A DNA stretch of 64,000 bases from Octopus vulgaris (taxonomy: Eukaryota). The translations under genes and the position numbers were made by a program. Location of the stretch: assembly GCA_951406725.2 (NCBI GenBank), contig OX597825.1:40734001-40798000 (forward strand), given 5' to 3'. Shown piece after piece: positions 1 through 10,632 of this stretch. The first letter of the stretch is position 1. The number at the start of each line of letters is the position of its first letter. The notes under the pieces are model-generated. The model made no database searches. It was not told the origin of the DNA and saw only the letters and a list, made by a program, of their open reading frames with translations.

Positions 1-55
1 ACAGAGCTGCGCTTGGTAGTGAAGTGAAAGCACGCTATAAAAATAAAACTACTGA
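1..55 (+). mobile_element. 3' UTR end of R4/Dong-like non-LTR retrotransposon (copy 1, runs off window start)
   Basis: Nearly identical to 3' UTR ends at 877-937, 3895-3955 and 49621-49675 (ACAGAGCTGCGCTYGGTAGTGAAGTGAAAGCACGCTATAAAAATAAAACTACTGA), followed by (TAA)n. Confidence 0.9.
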
Positions 56-68
56 AAATAATAATAAT

Positions 69-122
<54 letters not shown>

Positions 123-131
123 TATAATAAT

Positions 132-937
132 AAAATCCCAGCAATGGTTGAGAAGCTCAGGACTCAAAGCATAAAACAGAGGGATTTTTAATTGCAATAA
201 TAATAAAGCCTCCCCACCAGAAATTACCAAAAACATGTAATGAAAAGAAATATTACAAGTAACTGCAGAATATGTGGAGATGGACAAGAAACAATAAATC
301 ATATTATCTCTAGCTGCCCAGTCCTGGCTAAGAAGGAATATATTCACAGACATGACAGAGTTGGAACCTACATACATTGGAAGCTATGCTAACATTATGG
401 AATAATAACAGAAAAAAGATGGTATAGGCACACACCAGAAAAGGTCACAGAAAACGAGAAAGCAACCATACTCTGGGATATGCCGATACACACAGATAGA
501 GAAATTAAGGCCAACAGACCAGATATAGTTGTCAGAGATCATGAAGAAAAAAAATGCTTTTTAATTGATGTATCAATACCGGCAGATGACAACGTGTCTC
601 TAAAAGAAATGGAGAAACTCTCAAAATACAAAGACCTGGAAATAGAGGTAACTAGAATGTGGAATCTGAAAACAGAAACAATTCCTATCATAGTAGGTGC
701 ATTAGGCATGATAAAAAAATATTCAGACAAATACATAACAAAAACACCAGGACTTACAAACACATATAACATACAGAAAATTGCACTACTAGGCACTGCC
801 CACATCCTACGCAGAACACTTCCCATACAATAACCATCAGAGCATCACAACAAATCACAGCACATACCCAAGGCACACAGAGCTGCGCTCGGTAGTGAAG
901 TGAAAGCACGCTATAAAAATAAAAATAAAACTACTGA
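132..937 (+). mobile_element. 5'-truncated R4/Dong-like retrotransposon (copy 2): zinc knuckle, restriction-like endonuclease and 3' UTR; disrupted
   Basis: Near-identical to 3149-3955. Encodes CRICGDGQETINHIISSC, RHD, NRPDIVV..IDVSIP..EKLSKYKDL. In-frame TAA at about 390. Flanked by (TAA)n on both sides. Confidence 0.92.
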
Positions 938-988
938 ATAATAATAATAATAATAATAATAATTATAATAATAATAATAATAATAATC

Positions 989-1056
<68 letters not shown>
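938..1056 (+). repeat. (TAA)n microsatellite separating Dong copies 2 and 3
   Basis: Direct reading. Confidence 0.97.
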
Positions 1057-1057
<1 letters not shown>

Positions 1058-3955
1058 TACGTTACGATCCATCAACACCAGATCATCTCTGACCTCAAAC
1101 ACCATGTACAAAAAAATTACAAATAAATTAAACAATACCGGTATTATTCAACCCAAGAATAACATTCGGGAAGTGCGCACTTTAATCTTGTTACACAACA
1201 AGTACGAAAAACTAACAACACGTGCAAAACAATGTGACAACAGAAGTGAACGGACGGGTACCATACGAAAATGACGACCGTCAAAATCAAGGGCCGGACG
1301 TTGTTCCTCATGTCCTGCAAATAAAACTAAAATGGCATAAATGGACACGTGAGGAACATATTTCAATCCTACACGCTTACTTTACAGCAGTGCTCTACCC
1401 AAAGAACGAAAACACAACATATACATATAAAATATGGAAGAAAAATAACTTAAATAAAGACTTGGACACAGTAATGAACCCTAATAAACTAGCTAACATA
1501 CGAAGATAAATTCTCAGCGCAAAAAATATCAGAAATACAAATATAATATAAGGAAAATGTAGATAGAAGCCACAAAACAATGCCAAATAATATAAACACT
1601 GAGATAGTAAAACACGAAGACAAACGTAACATTTCCAAAAAAACAACAAACCCAGACCGTAGCGATGCATAATAATGTACAAAACACCACAGACAAACAT
1701 ACGAATGAGAAAGAAAACGAAACAAATCTAAACCTGGAAACAACGAAGGGGAACATATTTATTATGATACTATAAAAACTAGAATAATCAAAGAACTGAA
1801 AAACACAGATCTTAGAATGGACCACCGACCATACCTCCCAAAAATCAAAATAGACAACAAAACAACATCAATAATAAATAGCATAAACCTGGCCGTCACG
1901 GAACTAATAGCCACTGAAACAAATAGCAATATCACTGAGCTAAATGACATAATATATGCAGCTGCCACTGCCGCCACAAAAGAAGCTGGATACTCCCTCA
2001 AACCCATCCAAACAGGAGTAACGCCACCCAAACAAACCCTGTGGATAAATAACATCCAAAAGAAAATACAAAAAATGAGAAAAGATCTGTCGATTCTTCA
2101 CGAAATCAGTAGACAATCAAACCTACTGAGCAACAAAAAGAAAACAAAAATACTGTGCAAATACAACATCACAGAAAAAGATTTACCTGAGATAAAAGAA
2201 AAGCTAAAGCTAGATATCCATGCCAAAGCCCAATGATCCGCCGGTATGAGAAACGACAACGTTTCTTTGAACAAAACAAACAGTTCAACTCCAGCCCCCA
2301 AAGGTTCTACAAATAACTTGGTAAAAATAAAATAGACATCACTGCAGCACCAACGGCAAAATAAGTGGAAGTATTCTGGAAATAAATATGGTCGGGGAAT
2401 GAACAACCACAGAAAAGGACTATTAAAACAACAAACTTTGCACCTGAGCAACTCTGGACCCCCAAAACAACTGAAGAGGTCACCCAGGCACTGCAAAGAT
2501 TAAGCAACTGGAAGGCACCTGGGCATAACAAGATCCCCAACTTCTGGGTGAAATATCTACCAGGAATGCACAAAAAGCTGGCTGAAAACTTTAACAACAT
2601 ACTGGCAGAGCCAGAGACAATGCCTAAATGGCTCACAAAGGGGAAAACCATCTTAATTCCCAAATCCAATGAGACAGAAAAACCAGAAAACTACAAACCT
2701 ATAACCTGTCTCCCTACAATGTATATAGCATTTACTGCAGCAATATCACAATATCACCCAAAATCTGACATAGAAAGACTATATATACAACTTATAGAAG
2801 GTGGTAGAGGCCTTATACAGCTGGAAAACTACTATAAAATAACCACCATAGGACTGCAAAAATATCTACTTCAGAAGGAAGGAAAACTGATCCAGATAGC
2901 GGCAAAACACGAGCAAAACAAAAAACTGTTCTCAGTATTTAAGGAAGCTGACAAATACAAACAAGAAATCATACCACCTAATAAACATGAAGAAGAAGAA
3001 GAAGAAGATGAAGAAACAACAAAAGCTATAAAAAAATGAAATACAAACTAAAAATAGAACAGCAACGAACCATGATAAAACGATGGCAAGAAAAGCCCCT
3101 TCATGGTAAATACTGGACTAAACTAAACGCAAAAGAAATAGACAAAGAAAAATCCCAGCAATGGTTGAGAAGCTCAGGACTCAAAGCAGAAACACAGGGA
3201 TTTTTAATTGCAGCACAAGACCAAAGCCTCCCCACCAGAAATTACCAAAAACATGTAATGAAAATAAATATTACAAGTAACTGCAGAATATGTGGAGATG
3301 GACAAGAAACAATAAATCATATTATCTCTAGCTGCCCAGCCCTGGCTAAGAAGGAATATATTCACAGACACGACAGAGTTGGAACTTACATACATTGGAA
3401 GCTATGCCAACATTATGGAATAACAACAGAAAAAAGATGGTATAGGCACACACCAGAAAAGGTCACAGAAAACGAGAAAGCAACCATACTCTGGGATATG
3501 CCGATACACACAGATAGAGAAATTAAGGCCAACAGACCAGATATAGTTGTCAGAGACCATGAAGAAAAAAAATGCTTTCTAATTGATGTATCAGTACCGG
3601 CAGATGACAACGTGTCTCTAAAAGAAATGGAGAAACTCTCAAAATACAAAGACCTGGAAATAGAGGTAACTAGAATGTGGAATCTGAAAACAGAAACAAT
3701 TCCTATCATAGTAGGTGCATTAGGCATGATAAAAAAATATTCAGACAAATACATAACAAAAACACCAGGACTTACAAACACATATAACATACAGAAAATT
3801 GCACTACTGGGCACTGCACACATCCTACGCAGAACACTTTCGATACAATAACCATCAGAGCATCACAACAAATCACAGCACATACCCAAGGCACACAGAG
3901 CTGCGCTCGGTAGTGAAGTGAAAGCACGCTATAAAAATAAAAATAAAACTACTGA
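1057..3955 (+). mobile_element. R4/Dong-like non-LTR retrotransposon (copy 3), long but internally deleted and frameshifted
   Basis: N-terminal KWTREEHISILHAYF..NPNKLANIRR. RT start (NWKAPGHNKIPNFWVK, WLTKGKTILIPK, NYKPITCLPTMY) fused directly to post-RT YHPKSDIERLY..GGRGL. Then WQEKPLHGKY, AAQDQSLPTRNY, CCHC knuckle and PD-(D/E)xK RLE. 3' UTR ends in (TAA)n. Confidence 0.93.
3036..3851 (+). pseudogene. C-terminal ORF fragment of Dong-like protein (zinc knuckle + RLE endonuclease)
   Basis: 271-aa open frame with CRIC..ETINHIISSC, RHD, RPDIVV, IDVSVP, EKLSKY; disconnected from upstream frame by an A-run frameshift near 3036. Confidence 0.9.
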
Positions 3956-3970
3956 ATAATAATAACAAAT

Positions 3971-4148
3971 AACATCGAAAAATACCATAAGAATGAGAAC
4001 CCAGGCTCGAAATGTATCCTGATGAAGACTGTAGGGTATATCCAGCCGAAACGTTATGTTAACAGCAAACAAGATAAAGACAAATATCCGTCAAATGTAA
4101 ATAATGTAAACAATGTCCATAATTCCTCATCTCTTAAATATAGAATTG
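3971..4148 (+). mobile_element. 3' part of PLE terminal unit (pLTR-like) with degenerate minimal hammerhead
   Basis: Aligns with reverse complement of 48060-48205 and 51545-51714 (ATCGAAAA..GAATGAGAACCCAGG..CTGATGA..CAGCCGAAACGTT..GTTAAC..AATATCCGTCAAATGTAAATAATG..AATTCCTCATCTCTT). Confidence 0.85.
4014..4060 (+). ncRNA. Type I hammerhead ribozyme motif, degenerate (stem I 5' strand damaged)
   Basis: CTGATGA 4019-4025, stem II GACTG/CAGCC with 1 mismatch, GAAA 4048-4051, palindromic AACGTT. Confidence 0.6.
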
Positions 4149-4433
4149 AATTTCCACACTTCCGTACTCCGAATTTTAAAATCAATTCATCGCATCTCCT
4201 CACCAACCTGTGTTGGAATAAAAAGTCCAAAGCGAGCATGTTGGGGTCAGATTAGTTGAAAATACACGAAAAATAATTTATTTAATGTTGTAAGCGTTCT
4301 CCTTACAAACTTACATTTTATAAGTATATATCAATAGACAAGATATGTACTTCGAGAAACAATTCCAGAAACAATTTCTGCCCATTCTCTGGAAAATTTA
4401 TGAATGCCTGTGATGTCAACAGCATACATACAT

Positions 4434-4502
<69 letters not shown>

Positions 4503-5770
4503 TGTATGTATGGATATACGTACACAGAAAATGTTTTATAAAACCTCTGCAGTATTCCATATTTTAAACCCTTTATCCAACATTTTTTTTTATTCGTTCA
4601 AGGTTTTTACATTTTCCTTTGAACAATAAAGTTCCGACTTCCAGAATTAATGTTTATATACATACATTTGTATATATGTGTGCGTGTGTAAGAGGGAGAG
4701 GGACAGAGAGTGAGTGAAAGAGTGAGTGTGTGTGTGTGAGTGCGTGTGTGGAAGTTGGGGGTATTTTACTTGTGTGCATGTGTGTCTGAGAACATCTATA
4801 ATTATTCCCATAATCACACACACATATTCATAAATATATTGTCAGTAAAGTTGGATTTGGGAGATCCAAAACCTTCCTCCTCAGGACTCATGCAGAATCT
4901 CAGGATAACAGATATTTAGAAGTGTAAAAGAATCCAGCAATCCCATACTGTTCTGCGTAAAATTGAAATCCAGATGACCATCAATCGGATGGTATAAACT
5001 ATAACAAATAATGACTGAAAAAACTGCTATAATATTTATTATTTATTTACGATCGTATTAACAGCAGTTGGAATAGTTAGTATCATTTAACATGCAGTGA
5101 CTTACACATACAATAATTACGCAAGCCATTGATTATAATTCTTGTATGTATGCTCCATAATGTTATAAGATTTATACGCGCCTATGCGAGTGTCTTGAAT
5201 GTATCTATTTACGGTAAGATATATGTTGTTGCTACTCTTGTTACATTCTCTATCCACCGGCGTTTCTGATATATTAATCTTCTTACAAGCAAATTTATAC
5301 TTTTATTGATATGCGAGCGTTTTGTGATGATAACTTCCAGATGACTATCTTGACACATTTTCAAGTCTGTTGTGCAAGATAAGGGCATCCAACAAATTGC
5401 CAAGTCTGGAACTAGTTTAAATCGCGTGGAAAAAATTTGTGTTTATGTGATGATGTATGTGCTTATGTAAAACGCTCGGAAAAGGCACGAGGTTTGGTTG
5501 TAATTGTATTGTGCTACATGAACCATCGTATATAGCATATGAAATTAACTTGGAGTTAACTACATTGCAAATATACCCAGCGGGTGGTGTGGGAGAATGC
5601 TAATTTAGATAGGTTATTGTCAATCTTGCAGAAGAGTTTGTAATGGCGACGAATGATAAATATATATAGATATCTATAATTATATAATTATGAATACGTA
5701 AAAAATATGAATATATATATAAATATTAGTATAAAATGTGTGTCTGAGCGTGCGTGCGTGTGTGTGCGTG

Positions 5771-5818
5771 TAATGACTCACTCTCCCTAGGCATATGCCT
5801 GGGGAGAGTGAGTCATTA
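5771..5818. repeat. 48-bp near-perfect palindrome
   Basis: TAATGACTCACTCTCCCTAGGCAT|ATGCCTGGGGAGAGTGAGTCATTA, one mismatch. Confidence 0.92.
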
Positions 5819-5940
5819 TGCCAATATTAATAACACGCGCACTGGGTCACTTCCACTCCTTTAGTATTAGTAAGTTGGTCAAAATGCCTATCCAACTGAC
5901 TAATTGAGTGTTGCGTTGCTTGTGTTACAATCGTGTATAT

Positions 5941-5997
<57 letters not shown>

Positions 5998-6421
5998 ATA
6001 CATAAAAATATATGCATACACATTTATACTGATATAGGTTAACAGCAATCGGTAGAAACTATATTAAATTTCTCCTAAACGGATTGATACCATTATTATT
6101 TCGAGTTACTTCTCGGATCTCGGAGTTTGAACTCAGACGTCGTTCATTTATCTTATACCAAAAAAGTATAATGAATATCAAATTGAAAGAAAATAATGCA
6201 TATATAAAATAGTGTGAGCCATGTCAGTAACAAGTTGATAAATTGGGTCACGATGTTTCCTTCATTCCTTGGCTATTTCCCAATTAAATATAAACCTGTT
6301 GTATTTGATGTAGTCTGTTCGAAATCATTTGATTTCAAGTTTGTCTTTGCTTAAATATAGAAGCATATGCTCTAATTAAATCTGCCTTTGGCGTACACCA
6401 CAATGATGATGATGATGATGT

Positions 6422-6467
<46 letters not shown>

Positions 6468-7019
6468 AAAAATATTTTTTTAAGAAAGCAAACCATATAT
6501 TTTACAAATATTTTTGCATTCTCTTTTCACTATGTTCTTCTCAACGTTCAAATCATGCTATAACGTACATTAAATTAAAAATCAAAGACAAAAAGAGAAA
6601 TTGTAGACAACACCCCGCTTCCATTTCTTTCCTTTCTTTAGAAGATTAAATTAGGAGTCATTTATAAACATTCTGGTTACACAAAACAAAAACCAAAATG
6701 AATAACAATAGTAAAATCAGTTAACATTTATTCACAGGAATGTAATTGTATAGTTTAGCTGTAAGCAATATAAAGAGACAACCATGTTAATTTAGTCTAG
6801 AATTCAAGAAGACAAGAGTTTAGACTAAAAAGAACTGTTGTCTAGGAATGTATTTCTGTACAATTCGGAACTTTACACGCCGTCCTGTTCTTAATTAGTT
6901 ATAATTATGGAACTACATTAAGAATGCTTTGTGTACCAAAAGGTATATAGCATATATTATATTTATTTAAAGCAAAATTATCAGTGTGGCACAGATATTA
7001 TTAATTTTCAAAAATTTTC

Positions 7020-7227
7020 CATCAGGATTTCAAACTTTGGCCCAACGCAAACAATTTCGGGGAAGGGAGTAAATTAATTACATCAGGTTGTACTTATTTT
7101 ATCGACCCCGAAATGATAAGAGGCAAAGTCTACCTCGGTGAAATTTATTCTCAGAAAGTAAAGATAAACGAAATGTCCCTGAGCATGTTGTCCAGCGTGC
7201 TAACGATTCTACCAGCTCACTGCCCTG
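7020..7227 (-). mobile_element. tRNA-derived SINE, same family as 11770-12006 (Meta-like central domain)
   Basis: Reverse complement gives GGCAGTGAGCTGGTAGAATCGTTAGCACGC..ACTTTGCCTCTTATCATTTCGGGGTCGATAAAATAAGTAC. Confidence 0.75.
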
Positions 7228-7881
7228 AAAGGCAGATGAGATGCCACTAAGCATTTTTCCCGGCGTGGTAACGAAAGTTATGTTTCTTTCCCCATAATAT
7301 AATTATATATTTAATGTCCAATAGTTTTTGTGCGGACAAAATGGCTGAAACAGAGAATACTTAATCAACTAATCAATAGACTGGGAACCAGCACTTGAAA
7401 TAATCTATTTTTCTCTTGTTTGACTGTGACTAACATATGTAGGGAAGTTTTGAAAATTGAGAGGTTGGGAACTGAATCGACAAATATGCGTCAGAATACA
7501 AGTTAACTCAACGTCACAACTTAGTACTTAATACATGGTGTAGCCTGGACTTTTGTACTCTGATACAATGCAATATTATCAGGGGCTTATACACAAAGCG
7601 GTTCTTTACATAAATTTCCAACATACAACATTATTTACTTCATAAGATGCAGGACAGAGTAGGTCGACATTGCAAATATTACGTTCAATATATTATTACA
7701 AATATAAACAAGAAACTATTGCATTTAATCAGAAAATATCAGAAAACTACCGAAAGCTCAGGCTGAAAATTTCTTCCGCATCACCAAGGAACACGGTCAG
7801 ATGTTGTAAATGAGTAAATAAAATAAAAGAAAGAATATAAATATATGTGTGTGTGTGACTTTATGTATGTGCGAGTGTATA

Positions 7882-7918
<37 letters not shown>

Positions 7919-8076
7919 ACACGCGCAGAAGCACGGACATATATACACATATACATATACATATAGGTATATATATGTATATATGTACGTATATATATAT
8001 ATATACAAACATATAGATGCATGCACACACACACGCATACACACAGAAAAAAACACACACACAAGCACACACACAA

Positions 8077-8114
<38 letters not shown>

Positions 8115-8124
8115 TTATATGAAT

Positions 8125-10430
8125 ATAACCCCAAATAATCAACTTATCTTAGAAAACACTCTCCACAACAAAAATCCTTATATTAGCTAAAGTTTTAAAT
8201 TTTACACTCACCCTACGAAGACTCAACTTCACTGAGATTAAAGATAATATTGCAGAATTCCATTAAAAAATGTTATTGACAAAAGCAGTAACCAACTACA
8301 ACAACGATGATGAATCACTGATGAAAAACAAAAGTAATTATCTACCACCCAAAGGAAGGAATAAAACACTGGACAACTTCTGTAACCGTATCGAAAATTT
8401 TCCTCCCACTCTCTAGAAACCAAAACTTGTACCTAACTTCAACAACATACAATAGAAGCACCTAAAAAACGACCAAGACCTGACAATCAAAGAAGCAGAA
8501 AAACGTAGTGCCGTAGTCCTGATGGACACAGAATACTATAAAAACCTAGCATTGTCCATACTAGAAAATGACTCCATTTCTGAAAAAGTTGCAAATTATA
8601 GGCAGCAAAAAATATTAAAAGATCTTGCATCTTTAATACTCAAACATGGAAAAGTCCTCACAGAAAAAGAGAAAGACTATATCACAAATTTTAAATGCAA
8701 ACCAAGCCTTTTCTATGGCCTCCCCAAAATCCACAAGTGTCAAATAATTACTAATGCTTGCAAATCAAATCCAAGTCTATACATAAATATCCCAACACCA
8801 GAAGACTTAAAATTAAGGCCTATTATAGTAGGCCCAGCCTGTGAAAGACACACCTACACAACTATTTGGACATACTATTGAAACCTTTCCTCAGTTAAAA
8901 GTTTCATTAGAGACGATCTGGACACGCAAGAGCACCTGCCAAAATCCACCAACGAAGAAGCACTATTAGTGTCCTTCGATGTCATCAACCTCTACACTAA
9001 CATTCCACATGACTACAGAAAAGAGGCAATAAAATTCTGGTTAGAAAAATACCCCAAAGTTCTCCCGGATCGCATAAACCAGACCTTTGTCATTGAATCC
9101 CTGAAGTTCATCCTACAAAACACTTTCTATTCGATGCAAAATACTACTGCCAAAAATGCAGTATTGCGATGAGAACGAAAGCAACGCCTGTCCTTGCGAA
9201 CCTAATAATGGGTTTCTTTGAATCTACCCTATATGAACTTTCACTCCAAAAATTTGGGTCCCCATTCCACCAGTATATAAGAGAAAACTAGAAAAGTTAC
9301 CTAGACGATTGTTTTATCATCTGGAATGAAACCTATGATAAACTCCTGGATACCAAATCCACACTAAACAATATAATCTCCAATATTCAATTTACAATGG
9401 AATATAGCAAGAAATATTAAGATTTTCTGGACCTTTTGATTATAAAAACTCCAACAGCCCAATTGAAACTGACGTCTACTACAAACTAAGAGACTCAAAA
9501 CAGTATCTCCTTTTCAGTTTATGCCATACTTAACACGCCAAAATTAAGATCCCATTCAATCTAGCTAAAAGGATCTCTGCTCACTCAAGACCTGAAAATG
9601 AACAACAGCCTAAATACACATAAACTCCTCAAATGCAAAAGACAACACAAATCACTCACAAGACCCCCAGCAAATACAAGACTATACTCAATAATACGAT
9701 ACCAACAGTTAAAAAATGAAGACGATCTAATTGTGGTGCATGCCCAGACCTGACGGAAGGCTCGGAATTCAGAAAGGAGAAAAATTCTCAATTATGACCA
9801 ACTTCACATGTGCTTCCCAGAACTTTATCTATGTCTTAACCTGCTCAGGTTGTGGCCACAATTATGTGGAGTAAACGAGCCTTACTTTGAGACGCAGAGT
9901 CACGCTGCATAAAGAACAGATCCGTTTTCCTCAATACAGGCAGATAGCCCTGAGCGAATATATCGTCAGATGCGCAAGATATAAAACGCTAAATTTTCAT
10001 ATCTTTCCATTATAACAATGCAAACATTCAATCTCTTTACAAGAACGCCTAAACAAGGAAAGCCTGTTCATACAAAAATACAGACCACACCTTAATATTC
10101 TAACTTAAACATTTCAAAAATTATACTGAATAGTTAGTTGTCCTCCCCTGTTACCTCCCTTGGTCCACTCTATAGACTCATTCTTATTTTTGAAGAATCC
10201 AAAATGGCGAGACTCTATTGTCACAAGAATTGATTACTTCACAATGTCCCTAGAAATGCTAAGTTATATAGCGAAAACCGGTTAGATATCATGACATCCA
10301 TAACATATGAATATATTTTTCTAAACATTTCTTTATAAAAAGATATTAAACTATGTGAAGCGAAGGCATTTTTCTCCCACTTTTATACATCTTCCACATA
10401 TTTTCAACTCATAATTTTGCACGTGGTGTA
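8125..10430 (+). mobile_element. Decayed Penelope-like element 1 (RT + C-terminal GIY-YIG, then pLTR)
   Basis: Fragments across stops and frameshifts: IKEAEKRSAVVLMDTEYY, FYGLPKIHK, LRPII, SFDVINLYTNIPH, ATPVLANLIMGFFE, YLDDCFIIW, IQFTMEYS, TDVYYK, IPFNLAKRI. GIY-YIG: FTCASQNFIYVLTCSGCGHNYV..LRRRVTLH. ORF ends at about 10108. Confidence 0.9.
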
Positions 10431-10441
10431 TACTAAATCTC

Positions 10442-10528
10442 CATTAAGTACAGAACATCACCAACGAACGAAAAATGCATAGTGTGTTTACGTATTTTTC
10501 GCTTGTTAGTGATGTCCTGTACGTAATG
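10442..10528. repeat. Imperfect inverted repeat with about 37-bp arms
   Basis: CATTAAGTACAGAACATCACCAACGAACGAAAAATGC vs reverse complement CATTACGTACAGGACATCACTAACAAGCGAAAAATAC. Confidence 0.8.
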
Positions 10529-10539
10529 TGTATTTTTTC

Positions 10540-10577
<38 letters not shown>

Positions 10578-10632
10578 ATTAACAAAGGAGAGAATGTATT
10601 TCCACGCAGGAAAAGATATCGGCAATTTTGCT

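Noticed and set aside
539-826. Antisense ORFs over Dong copies (also 3413-3823 and 48926-49570)
   Set aside because: Shadow frames of the A-rich sense ORF, repeated only because the copies are near-identical.
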